Positions 50,181 through 62,829 of a stretch of 64,000 nt of DNA are shown here, piece by piece. Below the pieces are notes generated by a model. The model was not told the origin of the DNA, did not search any database, and was given only the letters and a program-made list of their open reading frames with translations. Position 1 is the first letter of the stretch, and each line of letters opens with the position of its first letter. The position numbers and the translations under genes were made by a program. Source of the stretch: Octopus sinensis (Eukaryota); contig NC_043021.1 of the NCBI RefSeq assembly GCF_006345805.1, positions 2,666,001-2,730,000 of the forward strand, written 5' to 3'.

Positions 50181-50666
50181 TTAACCCTTTCGTTACCATA
50201 TTTATCTCGAGATGCTCTGTGTTTGTTTCAATTACTTTAAATATAACAAAGAACTTAGTAAAATAACTTAGTTATTATTAAGCTTGTGGTAGGAACATTA
50301 ATTGTGACTAAGGTTTGGTGAAAGATTTTAATTCAGAACTTTTGAAAACAAGACATTTGTACTACAGAGCCAGAGGCAGTTTCAGCCGGGTCGGTAACGA
50401 AAGGGTTAATGTTATACTACCTGAAGAAATGGATCCATTAACCCTTTCGTTACCAACCCAGCTGAAACCGGCTCTGGCTCTGTAGTACAAATGTCTTGTT
50501 TTCAAAAATTCTAAATTAAAATCTTCCACCAAACTTTAGTCACAATTAATGTTCCTGACACTAGCTTAATAATAACTAAATTATTTTACTAAATTCTTTG
50601 TTATATTTGAAGTAATTGAAAGAAAGACAGAGCATCTCAAAATAAATATGGTGACGAAAGGGTTAA
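50181..50666. mobile_element. Two piggyBac-type MITEs (229 bp each including TTAA) in inverted orientation, 28 bp apart
   Basis: ttaaccctttcgttacc...ggt(a/g)acgaaagggttaa at 50181-50409 and 50438-50666; internal parts are reverse complements. Confidence 0.88.
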
Positions 50667-50794
50667 GATGATCTACCCAATGCCAACGGATACTTTGGAC
50701 TACATTGTAATCATCCCAGAAATACGGACTGTGGCGTCTAACGATGCAGTAAATGTTTATAAATTCCATCCAAGGTTTGTTATTATTATTATTA

Positions 50795-51009
50795 TTACTC
50801 TTTTACTTGTTTCAGTCATTTGACTGCGGCCATGCTGGAGCACCGCCTTTAGTCGAGCAAATCAACCCCGGGACTTATTCTTTTGTAAGCCTAGTACTTA
50901 TTCTATCGGTCTCTTTTGCCGAACCGCTAAGTGACGGGGACGTAAACACACCAGCATCGCTTGTCAAGCAATGCTATGGGGACAAACACAGACACAAACA
51001 CACACACAT

Positions 51010-51062
<53 letters not shown>

Positions 51063-51243
51063 TACGACAGGCTTCTTTCAGTTTCCGTCTACCAAATCCA
51101 CTCACAAGGCATTGGTCGGCACAAGGCATTGGTCGGCCCAAGGCTATAGCAGAAGACACTTGCCCAAGATGCCACGCAGTGGGACTGAACCCGGAACCAT
51201 GTGGTTGGTTAGCAAGCTACTTACCACACAGCCACTCCTGCAC
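50795..51243 (-). mobile_element. SINE family A
   Basis: Full-length reverse complement match. Confidence 0.9.
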
Positions 51244-51912
51244 CTAACTATATTATTATTATTATTATTATTATTATTACAATATTTATTCTACCCTATA
51301 TCGGTACCGCTCGATGCAACCCCCAAAAATTGGTTCACCGGTCAGCATCATTGGACTGTGGCCAGCATAATGGAATGGGAGCTTTATTTGTATCATCATC
51401 ATCATCATCATCGTTTAACGTCCGCTTTCCATGCTAGCATGGGTTGGACAGTTCAACTGGGGTCTAGGAAGCCAGAAGGCTGCACCAGGCCCAGTCTGAT
51501 CTGGCAATGTTTCTACGGCTGGATGCCCTTCCTAATGCCAACCACTCCATGAGTGTAGTGGGTGCTTTTTACGTGCCAGACGAGGCTGGCAAACGGCCAC
51601 GATTGGATGGTGCTTTTTACGTGCCACTGTCAAAACATTTCCTGCAGACGAATTTAAAAGGTATAGATGTGTGTGTGTGTCTTTGTTCCCCACAACCACT
51701 TGACAACCAGTGTAGGTGTCTTTTCATCTCCATAACTTAGCAGTTCAGCAAAAGAAACCAATAGAATAAGTCCTGGGGGTCGGTTCATTCAACTAAAAGT
51801 TCTTCAAGGCAGTGCCCCAGCATGGACACAGTCAAATGACGAGTAAAAGATAAAAGAAATTTAACAAAAACAAAAAAGAAATAACCCCTCCACTTACTTC
51901 CACTGTACTTAC

Positions 51913-52015
51913 ATCATGTGATGCTCTTGTAATCTCAGCTAATTTCTCGTTTGCTTGTCTTTCGGCCATTCTGGCTTTGACAACCTCTTGCTTCAGCTGT
52001 TCAGCCTGACTAGCT
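51913..52015 (-). CDS. NF2: Merlin exon equivalent to human exon 13 (ASQAEQLKQEVVKARMAERQANEKLAEITRASHD)
   Basis: TGCAG acceptor, GTAAGT donor, 103 nt, phase 2 to 0; second in-frame donor at 51898. Confidence 0.95.
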
Positions 52016-52229
52016 CTGCAACAGAACATGGAATTAACATCTCATAAAACCTTGAAGAGTTGGAGACAAATTAAACTTTAACCATTTCGTGTTTAAACTG
52101 ACCACATCTGGCTCAAATATTCTAATTGTTTTATGTTCAAGCCGGTCAGATCCAGCCTCTCTCACCTACCCTGTAATGTCATTCTAAGTAAAAAAAAAAA
52201 TAGTAATCTCAAAGCTAGAAGATACCTTT

Positions 52230-52860
52230 CAAGTGTTGGGCCTCATGGAAGCAAATTGGCCGATGCTGGTGACACATGAAAAGCTCCTTTTAAGTGTTGG
52301 GCCTTACAAAGGCAATGATGAATGACCAAGACCTCTTGGCATTATGTCATGCTTGAGAAGAAGACCCATGAAGCCAAGGAAAATCCCAATCGTTGCAGAT
52401 AGTGGTGTCATGCAAAGGACACCCGTGCTGGTGGCACATAAAAGCACCCATTACACTCTCAGAATGGTTGGTGTTAGAAAGGGCATCCAGCCATAGAAAC
52501 TATGCCTAATCAGACTGGAGTCTGGTGCAGCCTTCCAGCTTGCCAGCCCTGGTCAAACCGTCCAACCCAAGCCTGGCCAACGAATGTTAAACGATGATGA
52601 TGATGATGATCAAAATCTTGAAAGCTTATGAGATAATGCATTATTAATTGAAAACAATGTGATTAAATAAGCATTACATCATCATCGTTTAGTGTCCGCT
52701 TTCCATGCTAGCATGGGTTGGACGGTTCGACCGGGGATCTGGGAAGCCAGAAGGCTGCACCAGGCCCAGTCTGATCTGGCAATGTTTCTACAGCCGGATG
52801 CCCTTCCTAACGCCAACCACTCCATGAGTGTAGTGGGTGCTTTTTACGTGCCACCGGCGT
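52230..52860. mobile_element. Inverted pair of family E repeats (+ 52230-52610; - 52680-52860)
   Basis: Shared 3' segments in opposite orientation about 70 bp apart. Confidence 0.75.
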
Positions 52861-53461
52861 TTGACAGAATAATGTGAATGCCTGACAGGTTAAGATATTG
52901 AATCAGCCACCAACAAAATGTTTAACACCCTTGTACCATTATACCTTAATCCTAACACTATGCCTCTGATATGGATACTTAACTATCAATGGTTCAGTCT
53001 TCCAATTAAGGGAAGAAGTACAAAGCAAGGTGGACAGATAGAATTTATTTGCTGCTTCAAACTATTGAATCAATGCCTGACTGACCATTGCAGAGCTTAA
53101 CCCTTTAGCATTTAAACCGGCCATATCCGGCCAAAAGTATTCTGCCTGTTTTATGTTCAAACTGGCCAGATCTGGTCTCTCACACCAACCCTACAATATC
53201 GTTTGAAAAATTAACAGCTACCTCATCAAAATCTCATAGTTACAAGATAATGCATGATTAGTTCAAAACAATGTGGATAAAGAAGCATTAATTTTGGCAG
53301 AATAATGTGAACACTAAAGGGTTAAATCTCCATTTCAGTTAAAATTTGAATTGAATAAACAGTTCCAACCAGGTGTCAAAATGCTTCTGAATTCACTAAA
53401 ACCATTGAAAACCAGTGAACTTCAGCACAGCAGTCTTATTTTTCGTACTGGTATTGAACGA

Positions 53462-53715
53462 AGGCGGCGAGCTGGCAGAATCGTTAGCACGCCGGGCGAA
53501 ATGCTTAGCGGTATTTCGTCTGTCATTACGTTCTGAGTTCAAATTCCGCCGAGGCCAACTTTGCCTTTCATCCTTTCTGGGTCGATTAAATAGGTACCAG
53601 TTATACACTGGGGTTGATGTAATCAACTTAATCCCTTTGTCTGTTCTTATTTGTCCCCGCTATGTTTAGCCCCCCCCCCCCTTCCTCAGCCCCTGTGGGC
53701 AATAAAGAAATAAAT
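53462..53715 (+). mobile_element. SINE family B
   Basis: Match to the family. Confidence 0.88.
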
Positions 53716-53873
53716 ATATTTCTCAAGAGAACTTGTTGTTGAAAGTCTTGGAGTTTGTGAACATCACAATTGCAATTTATTTGGTTTGGAACAAATTCTT
53801 TGGTTTTTTTTCTTCTCGGAATAAATTTTTGTTAGGAATAAACTTGGAACAATTGAAACATTTTCAATCTTAC

Positions 53874-53959
53874 CTTCGACCAGAATCTTCCAACAGCGTC
53901 GCTGCCATCATCTCGGCTTCCCTGGCTCGACATTCCATCAGCATACGTTCCTCGTCACT
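53874..53959 (-). CDS. NF2: Merlin exon, 3' part of human exon 12 (SDEERMLMECRAREAEMMAATLLEDSGR)
   Basis: TTCCAG acceptor, AG|GTAAGA donor, 86 nt, phase 0 to 2. Confidence 0.94.
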
Positions 53960-54089
53960 CTGGAATCACAGATGGTTTGTAAGATGAGTAAATGGAAGAA
54001 TTCAAAAAGATACCCAGAAATAAGGGAGAAAATTATAAGCAGATAATACGGAAAACCAAGCTTAACTGTTTAACTGAAGAATTAAATTT

Positions 54090-54640
54090 CACGGCACGTA
54101 AAAACCACCAACTGATCGTGGCTGATGCCAGCCTCCCCTGGCACCTGTGCTGGTGGCACATAAAAAGCACCAACCGATCGTTGCCCTTGCCAGCCTCCCC
54201 TGGCACCTGTGCCAGTGGCACATAAAAAGCACCAACCGATCGTGGCCCTTGCCAGCCTCCCCTGGCACCTGTGCCGGTGGCACATAAAAAGCACCAACCG
54301 ATCGTGGCTGTTGCCAGCCTCCCCTGGCATGTAAAAAGCACCAACCGATCATGGCCCTTGCAAGCCTCCCCTGGCACCTGTGCCAGTGGCACGTAAAAAG
54401 CACCAACCGATCGTGGCCCTTGCCAGCCTCCCCTGGCACCTGTGCCGGTGGCACGTAAAAAGCACCCACTACACTCACGGAGCGGTTGGCATTAGGAAGG
54501 GCATCCAGCTGTAGAAACACTGCCAGATCAGACTGGAGCCTGGTGCAGCCTCCTGGCTTCCCAGACCACGGTCAAACTGTCCAACACATGCTAGCATGGA
54601 AAACGGACGTTAAACGATGATGATGATGATGATGATGATT
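54090..54640 (+). repeat. Family E element with about 62-bp tandem subunits (about 6 copies)
   Basis: Repeats of ggcac(a/g)taaaaagcaccaaccgatcgtggcc.ttgccagcctcccctggcacctgtgcc; (GAT)n tail. Confidence 0.88.
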
Positions 54641-55004
54641 AACCCAATGATGATGTTAAATATTGACTAAAAAATAGGAGAATCGGTGTTTTTCTGCAAG
54701 TCATGTTGTCTCAATAAACTTGACTAAACCTCCCTGAAAACTACATTAAGGGTACATGTATCTGCAGAGAGACTCAGCCATTATGCACATTGATTTCCAA
54801 AAGCAGGCTCTTCTATTGATTGGGTCGACTGGAACGTTTGTTGTCGCAGCTAGTGAAATGCCAGGCTGGGGAGGTAACAGAAACTATTTGCTGCTTCCAG
54901 GGATTCTCCTGGGCATCTGAGAGTTATCTATTTCTGTTGAACTTGTGATGCTCATGTGTATCTGTCACACACAAATGTTTAACGACAGGTGTAAATAAGT
55001 TCAA

Positions 55005-55150
55005 AGATGCCGACGACCGCTTTGTTCAAAGTCTCCCTTGACCTAAAGTGGCCTGAACTCTTTACATGAACACCACCCTGTACTTAACTCCATGTCCCCC
55101 TACATGGCCTTGCTTTTTGCTTTTGAGCCAAAAAATTAACTAACTAATTA
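55005..55150 (+). mobile_element. CR1-type LINE 3' end; inverted homologue at 63420-63640
   Basis: Shared 3' UTR and (TTAAC)-like tail; the 63 kb copy encodes RVVDPWNKLPDEIVKMPTTTRFKVSLD. Confidence 0.7.
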
Positions 55151-55195
55151 ACAAAACATGAGAATATGGCCCCCGAAGGTCCTTGAAAGACTCAC

Positions 55196-55327
55196 TTTCA
55201 TTGCAGAGATCTTGATACGTTGGATTTCGGCATCGACTTCGGCAGATTTCCTTCTAAGTAACACAGCTTCTTCTTCTGCGATTCGAGCCTTTTCTGCAAG
55301 TAAATCGGCAGATTCTTCAGACCGCAT
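55196..55327 (-). CDS. NF2: Merlin exon, 5' part of human exon 12 ([21 protein letters not shown]...QRIKISAMK)
   Basis: AACAG acceptor, GTGAGT donor, 132 nt, phase 0 to 0. Confidence 0.97.
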
Positions 55328-55769
55328 CTGTTAATGAACGAGATTTAATTAGAATTAATTGACAACTCCCAACAGTAGAAATCAAAGAAACAAAAAGAAA
55401 AAAAAAGATGAGGGAAGTAAATTAAAAAAAAGGATGGCAAACAAAATTAACTACACAGTTTTGTGTTGATTGAGAGACTCAGAGGGATGCAATGGCTCTG
55501 TAGAGCGTGGGGGGTGGGAGATGGCAACATTGGAAATAATTAACGATCAAGAATGTTTGTGTGAATGTTATGTTAAAAGGACCCTGCCATACAGCAAGTT
55601 TTAGGGAACATCCATAGAATTATGAATACTTAAATCCTTTGAAAGGCCAAATGTGATATTTCGAAGACTCCCTGGAAGGGATTTCCTTCTCTGCTGTTGT
55701 ACAGCTGCAGTGAAGAAGTTTGCATCAGCATCATTATCATCATCACCACCATCATCTTCTTCCTTCAAT

Positions 55770-56008
55770 ATCTATTTCTTTACTACCCACAAGGGGCTAA
55801 ACACAGAGAGGGGACAAACAAGGACAGACATAGGCATTAAGTCGATTACATCGACCCCAGTGCGTAACTGGTACTTAATTTATTGACCCTGAAAGGATGA
55901 AAGGCAAAGTTGACCTCGGCGGAATTTGAACTCAGAACGTAGCGGCAGACGAAATACCGCTAAGCATTTCGCCCGGTGTGCTAACGTTTCTGCCAGCTCG
56001 CCGCCTTA
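55770..56008 (-). mobile_element. SINE family B
   Basis: Reverse complement match. Confidence 0.88.
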
Positions 56009-56324
56009 ATATCTTCCTTCAATATCTGTGTTCCAATACTGGTATGGGTTGGACTGCACAGTATTCCACTGTCTACACTGTCATGGTCTCTACAGCTGGG
56101 CACCTTTCCTGATGCCGACCACTTTATACAGAGTGTACCTAGTGGTTTCTATGTGACGCCGACACTAGCAGGGTCACTAAGTAACTTGTGAGACAAAGAC
56201 CCCTTGATTGGGAGTGGGGGTGGGGAAAGTATAATTGGGGTAATTTGGCTTTGTGCCAGGTGAGCCACCGCAACAACAACAACAGCGGCAATGGCAGCGA
56301 CGACAACAACAACAACAACAATCT

Positions 56325-56545
56325 TTTGAGCGGGATGGGCTACTCAACCCGAAGAAAATTCTAACTGGGCCCCACCTGCAAGGTCATGTGCTGTTATCTT
56401 GATATGAGATCACCATGTCGCGCACATATGGTTGTGATGCATGTGCCTGGTGTACCCTTATCAGACGGGTAGTCATGATGGGTATGTTGGGCTTCGTATA
56501 TTTTACCCCAGTGTCACTTTGATGGCATGCACTGCTCTCTCACTC

Positions 56546-56577
<32 letters not shown>

Positions 56578-57040
56578 GGTATAAAAGATGGGCTACAGCT
56601 AAAATTCTGCTGAATACCTCAGATTTGCTTGTCAGTTGTTTGACCTTAACCAGTTGAGCATGTCCCTTAGTGGCTGACGATATGTGCATCTCTGATCGCG
56701 AGCAGAAGTAGTCGGGGAGCATCATAGCCATGTGTTGAGAGGGATTCTTTGGAATTTGAATAACTCACCTCTGGAAACATGGGTGTTTCGTTCAAGAACC
56801 TTAAACAACCCTTATTCAAGGACCTTTTGAGCAGAATATGCTACTCGACCTGAAGAAAATTCTAACTGGGCCCCTACCTGCAAGGCCATGCACCGTTAAT
56901 CTTGTGCATATGTGGTTGTGATGCATGTGCCTGGAGTACCCTTATCAGATGGGTAGTCATGATGGATATACTGAGCTTCATATATTTTACCCTAATGTCA
57001 CTTTAATGGTATGCACTGCCCTCTCACTCAATAATAATGA
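56325..57040 (+). mobile_element. Two tandem copies of a retroelement 3' end with (AAT)n tail
   Basis: 56325-56575 is repeated at about 56825-57040. Confidence 0.7.
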
Positions 57041-57448
57041 TCTCTCTATATATAAACGGCAAAATGTCTGTGTGTGTGTCCTTTATACAAATCCACAATT
57101 TTTCAGTTAGAGGGATCACACTTTCTATGGTCATTCAAAACCGTCCAAGGGTGGTCGTGTACATCTTTACATTTCCTCAGTCACCCCGCAAAGCCATTAA
57201 AAAAATCAATAGGAGTGACATTTTTGTGAATTTTCTATCCAAAACCCAATCAAAATGCCCGAAACTTGATACGCCAATTGAATGCCAGCTAGCTGTATGT
57301 GATTGGTTGGAGATTTGGACAGTACTCGCATGTATGTGTGCACGCACGCAGCTGTGTATGCATGCACTAGCATTATGACCCGGCGTTGCTGGGTCATAGT
57401 GCTAGTAATTCATAATAATAATAATAATAATTGGAAGTCTAACATTAC

Positions 57449-57571
57449 CAATGCTTCGTGTGCATTTCGCATTTCCTCCTGCAAAGCAAGTAATTTTCTT
57501 TCCAGTTCTTGTTTTTCACGCATGGCTTCTTCTTTTAATTGTTTCTCTCGTGCAAGTCGTGTGCGGTCAAG
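57449..57571 (-). CDS. NF2: Merlin exon equivalent to human exon 11 (LDRTRLAREKQLKEE...AHEAL)
   Basis: TTTCAG acceptor, GTAATG donor, 123 nt. Confidence 0.97.
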
Positions 57572-57800
57572 CTGAAAGACAAAGTATTCAGTAAAAGTGT
57601 AACTATCACAGCTAGAACCGAGCAATCGTTGTTTTTGACCATGTTTTTAAATGAAAGAATATTCAAAATGGTAAAAAACAGTCGTCAGACCTATAAGGCA
57701 ATTGTTTTCAGGATTTTCAATATGGCAATAATTTCAACTTCTAATCTCTAAAAATGCATCTGTATCCCCCAAAAAATAAAGAATTTTATTCCACCAATGA

Positions 57801-58031
57801 TGTAATATATCGTGATGTATATTTGCCATTTAAATATGGCTAACCCCTAAGGGTGGATGCTACTGTAGTTTGTAGCCCCAGAGGACACCTCCTCCAGCTG
57901 GTTTTAGGGCACAGAAAGTGTGTCTAAAGCCAGCTAGAGGAGGTGTCCTCCTGGGGCTACAAGCTACAGTAGCATCCACCCTTAGGTGTTAGCCATATTT
58001 AAATGGCAAATATACATCACGATGTGTTGCA
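57801..58031. repeat. Near-perfect foldback palindrome (about 110-bp arms, 5-nt loop)
   Basis: atcgtgatgtatatttgccatttaaatatggctaa... is mirrored by ...ttagccatatttaaatggcaaatatacatcacgat. Confidence 0.93.
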
Positions 58032-58634
58032 GCTACTGTTTATAACTCGCTCTAAAATTTATTATTGATGTAATATAACTCAACGTTAATTAATTTAAGG
58101 GAGAGAACTTTGCCCATCATGAGATCTCGCCAGACATTTCGGGTATATGCAAGTTCTCCCATTGGATGAAGCCATAGCATCACTCCATTCTGACTTTCTC
58201 ACAGTGTTTTCCTGGTAAGGGGGTCCGGGGTAGTTTGCTTTTGCCTTCCCCAAATGCACAGGTTTCAAAGATGCTTAGCCTTCTTCGGACAGAAGCCTAG
58301 TTCTTGTATCTGTGTATGGAACAATTTCTGGTCAGTCACTGCTGGTAAATTCTAGTGTTAACAGCAAGTGTGTGTGTGTGTGTGTGTGTGTCTAAGTCAT
58401 TCCTGGGTAATGTTAGGTTCCAAACCCCAGGATGAAGTGCAAACTGGATTTGCAGTGGCGATGCCAAGATTAAAGACAGATCAGAGAATCGTGAAGAGAG
58501 ATTTGAAGGAGAGAATAAAATGGAAGGGTGAAAGTTGTGTGGTGAAGTTTCAAAAGGATCTCTGCAAACGTTTTGAAAAATTACAAGGATCAAATCTGTT
58601 CTAAAACAGAAATACCAAGCAATGGGGTGCAATA

Positions 58635-58866
58635 TATTTCTTTATTGCCCACAAGGGGCTAAACATAGAGGGGACATACAAGGACAGACAAAATGATTAA
58701 GTCGATTACATCTACCCCAGTGCGAAACTGGTACTTTATTTATCGACCCCGAAAGGATGAAAAGCAAAGTCGACCTCGGTGGAATTTGAACTCAGAACGT
58801 AAAGACAGACGAAATACCGCTAAGCATTTCGCCCGGCGTGCTAACGATTCTGCCAGCTCGCCGCCT
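58635..58866 (-). mobile_element. SINE family B
   Basis: Reverse complement match. Confidence 0.88.
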
Positions 58867-59270
58867 TCTGTAGAGTGCAATATGCCATAAGAAGTTCGTT
58901 TCTGAGACTATTTTTCTTGAGAACTTGGATACAATAACAAACATGGTGAGTATTTTCATTGGAATATTTTCTATAATGGAAAGCTATTCACAGAAAAGTG
59001 TTACCAAGGCAACTGGAGCCCATCATGCTTGCTGCTTGACTTTTTAAAAGGGCAAGGGTACAGTAGAAAATGAAACCAAGCAACCTTTAAAATGGTGGAC
59101 AACCTCTAAAATGAAAAACAGACGACTCCAGATATTGTCATATATCTTCATTGAACTGATTGGTAAGACAAACAAATAATTGATCTGCAAACTGGTAACC
59201 TAGCAACTAGATACTTTTATATATAAAAAAAAGAACAATTTCATAAAGCTCGTTATAAGCTATATGTTAC

Positions 59271-59384
59271 CTGTCTTCGAGCCTTTTCTTCTCTAGCGTG
59301 AGTTTTCATCTGTTGAATTTCCATAGAATCTGTTCTTCGTCTCCTCATGTATAATTCACGGTTCCCAACACAGAGTTCAAGAAT
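59271..59384 (-). CDS. NF2: Merlin exon equivalent to human exon 10 ([27 protein letters not shown]...EEKARRQ)
   Basis: TTCAG acceptor, CAG|GTAAC donor, 114 nt; end of the FERM domain. Confidence 0.97.
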
Positions 59385-60204
59385 CTGAAGAGCAAATAAA
59401 ATAATAATGAAATTATTGTATACAGTGCTCAGGTGCACCACAACTTGTCAGAGTATATGCAGTAATGTAGAAATGTCTGGAAAGCGAACAATGTATGAGT
59501 CAGATACATGCTTGTGTGTGTATGGAGGGGAGAAAATCAAGTGTAGTGTTGGCAAATCTCAGGAAGCATGGAAGTTTAGTTTTGAAGGATGCAGTGCTCC
59601 GACAACTAACAACTGATGCCGGCAGTTTGTTAATGAGTTAATATAGGGATTTCTTCATTTTTTTTTAATATATATATATGTAAGGCTAATTTTATAATTG
59701 GGAAGTAATTGTAACTGATTAGAGGGACCCCCCCAATAATTTTTTTATCAATACTATCTCTAACTCTCTGTTGCATTCCTTTCACACTCTTGCAACAAAC
59801 CAACTCACCCGTTTTTGCTCCTTTAGAGTCTCTCTCTCTCTCTCTCCTTTATTCACTTTGTTCCTGATATGTTAACTTGTCAGTTACTTGGTGACCTCAC
59901 TAGTGCTGGTGCCATGAAAAAAAGCACCCAATTTTCTCTGTAAAGCAGTTGGTGTTAGAAAAGCCATCCAGCTGTAGAAACAACGCCAAAGCTGGGTGCC
60001 CTTGCTAATGCCAACCACTTTACAGAGTGTACAGGGTGCTTTGATGTGGCGCCAGTGTTGGTGCTTTATACATAATGCCTGTTTTAAAGTGATTTAAATA
60101 TAAAAAAAAACAAAACCTTCCATTAAAATTTCATGTTAGGTTCCAAACCCCAGTTTAATAAGAGTTCTTTTATTAAATTCTTCATTATTCTCGAAATTAA
60201 TTAC

Positions 60205-60430
60205 CTATCTCTTTACTACCCACAAGGGGCTAAACATAGAGGGGACAAACAAGGACAGACATAGGTATTAAGTCGATTACATCGACCCCAGTGCATAACT
60301 GGTACTTAATTTATCGACCCCGAAAGGATGAAAGGCAAAGTCAACCTCAGCGGAATTTGAACTCAGAACGTAACGGCAGACGAAATACCGCTAAGCATTT
60401 CGCCTGGCGTGCTAACGATTCTGCCAGCTT
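60205..60430 (-). mobile_element. SINE family B
   Basis: Reverse complement match. Confidence 0.88.
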
Positions 60431-60690
60431 GACGCTCCTTTTTCCACTCAACATTTCATGGGTTCAAAAGACCTGGCTGAGACTGTTCCTGGTTCTATGA
60501 CGCTCGCTTCCTCTTTTAAAATGATTTAAATTGAGAACTTCCATTAAAAGTTTCATCTTGTATTCCAAACACCAGATTAATAATGATAAAGCTATTTTGC
60601 CAAATTCTTTACTATTTTCAAAAGTAAAACAAAAGCAATGAACATTCACAGAAATACTGCAACAAAACGGTTAAATAAGACCAAACTAAC

Positions 60691-60765
60691 CAGTTTGTTG
60701 ATTCGAACTTTTGGAGCATTGAATACAAAGTCAGGGGATTTCTTATCCATGGGTTTGATGGTAAA
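60691..60765 (-). CDS. NF2: Merlin exon equivalent to human exon 9 (FTIKPMDKKSPDFVFNAPKVRINKL)
   Basis: tttttctccag acceptor, GTTAGT donor, 75 nt. Confidence 0.97.
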
Positions 60766-61179
60766 CTGGAGAAAAAAAAAATGAAAAAGACAAAATTTTA
60801 AAATGTTTCAAACCTGTAAGAATTCCTGAAATCAATCAAATTCCTGAAATCAATCAAACTTCCCTTTATTTCCCCAGTCCTTTAAACTAAGAGGTTTTGT
60901 CTACAAGATTCCTCCTCACTACCAATATATTATGGGGGTTAAAAAGATATTTAAACTGTCCTATGTTACTATTTTCTGTTGATCAAGGTCATCAAGAATG
61001 CTGACTTGACATCATCGTCATCTCAATCCATGTTCCGTGCTGGTATGAACTGAATGCTTTGACAGGATCCAAGGACTCTAAGGTCTGCCTCCTGCACCAA
61101 TACCTGCTTTGGCATGGTTTCTACAGATTCCCTTCCTAATGCCAACCACTATACAGAGTGTACTGGGTGATTTCCTTCA

Positions 61180-61410
61180 TACCTATTTCTTTATTACCCA
61201 CAAGGGGCTAAAGGACAAACAAGGAGAGACATAGGTATTAAGTCGATTACATTGACCCCTGTGCGTAACTGGTACTTAATTTATTGACCCCGAAAGGATG
61301 AAAAGCAAAGTCGACCTCGGCGGAATTTGAACTCAGAACGTAACGGCAGACGAAATACTGCTAAGTATCTAGCCTGGCCTGCTAACGATTCTGCCAGCTC
61401 ACCGCCTTAA
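61180..61410 (-). mobile_element. SINE family B
   Basis: Reverse complement match. Confidence 0.85.
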
Positions 61411-62404
61411 TTTCTTTCATACCACTAGCACTAATGAGGCTGCGATGCAGTTCGTGGAACTACAAACCCTGAGGGAGGTGAGGGTCAGATTTTTGCTAGG
61501 GGATAAGGGGATGGAGTATGAGAGAAGAATGGGGTAGAGGTAGGGGTGAGAGATCCACCTCTAACAACTTCAAAATTCTGGGTTGATACCCTAGTATCTT
61601 GCATAGCTTATTCTTGGCCCATCTTGAGAAAAGGGAAAGCAACCGTACCCTCAGTTGAATGGTTCTTCTTTGGAAGGGGCCTAGGATGTCTGTATCTGCA
61701 GTAGCAGAAGCACTGTGCTAGATGTGGCAAAAGTATGCTTTGTGCTCCTTGTTTGAGCCTTGAAGAATTCCAGCAACTGTTCGGGACCAAGATTTAAATA
61801 TTAGTTGACCTGAAGCTATTGTCAAAATACTTGCCCAAATTGCCATCCATTGAGACTGAACCTAGAACCACTTGGTTGGGAAGCAAACAACTTAACTCCA
61901 CAGCCATATATGTATCTATTATACATTCTTACCAATCCTTCCTCAACAAAACACCCTTCCCCTGGAACTCTCCATCATTCATTTATTCCTTCCAAACCCT
62001 ACATTAATTATCAGCCATAATAAATCCAGTTTAATTATGCACCAACAACTCTAAAATAAATAAATGGTAAATTCTTCACTCAAAAGAATTAAAAAAAAAA
62101 ATTTGAAAATGAAAATTTCTAAACAACTGTTTAGAAAAATAATTATAAATGATTAAAAATAATTAATTTTCTTGCATACAAGATGATATAATATGTTGTG
62201 TAAACACCCAAACAATGTCACTATCTTTCCAAATTCTGCTGCATTTCCCATGGAATTATTGGCCCTCCAAACTGGTCTTGGTGTACAAATTGACCAAGGT
62301 TTTTTTTAGCTGTAAAATTTTGATCTGAAAAACTCAACTCAAAAGCTGGAAAAAAAATGCTAAACAAGAAGAGAAATTCATTTGACCATGTCTGATCACT
62401 GTAC

Positions 62405-62539
62405 CTTTTTATCTTTAAAGGAAACTGTCTTAATCTCACACCAGGGAAACGATATTTTAGCTTCAAGGCGGTTATCTCTTTCATAAATATTTAAACCATG
62501 AGCATCAACTCCTAACCAAAGGTCAGTTTGGCGTTTATT
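62405..62539 (-). CDS. NF2: Merlin exon equivalent to human exon 8 ([16 protein letters not shown]...[15 protein letters not shown])
   Basis: TTTCCAG acceptor, AAG|GTACAG donor, 135 nt; FERM F3 lobe. Confidence 0.97.
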
Positions 62540-62829
62540 CTGGAAACAGATGGAAATACATAAATTATTTATTGGGTAACTTTCACTTTCTATGTAGAAA
62601 AAATAAATTGCAACTGGTCGTTAAACAATGCCTTAATATAATTGTATATAAGTCTAACCTATGCGAGCATGGAAAAACAGATGCAAAACAACTGCTCACA
62701 CTTTCATACCCATATATTTATGCAAATGTATACATATATTACATGAAAGGGGGGAAGAGTGGGGATGGATGTTGCTTGAGCAGAGGAGGGACAAGACAAG
62801 CCAGGATAGATCGCTAGCCACTGCACATT

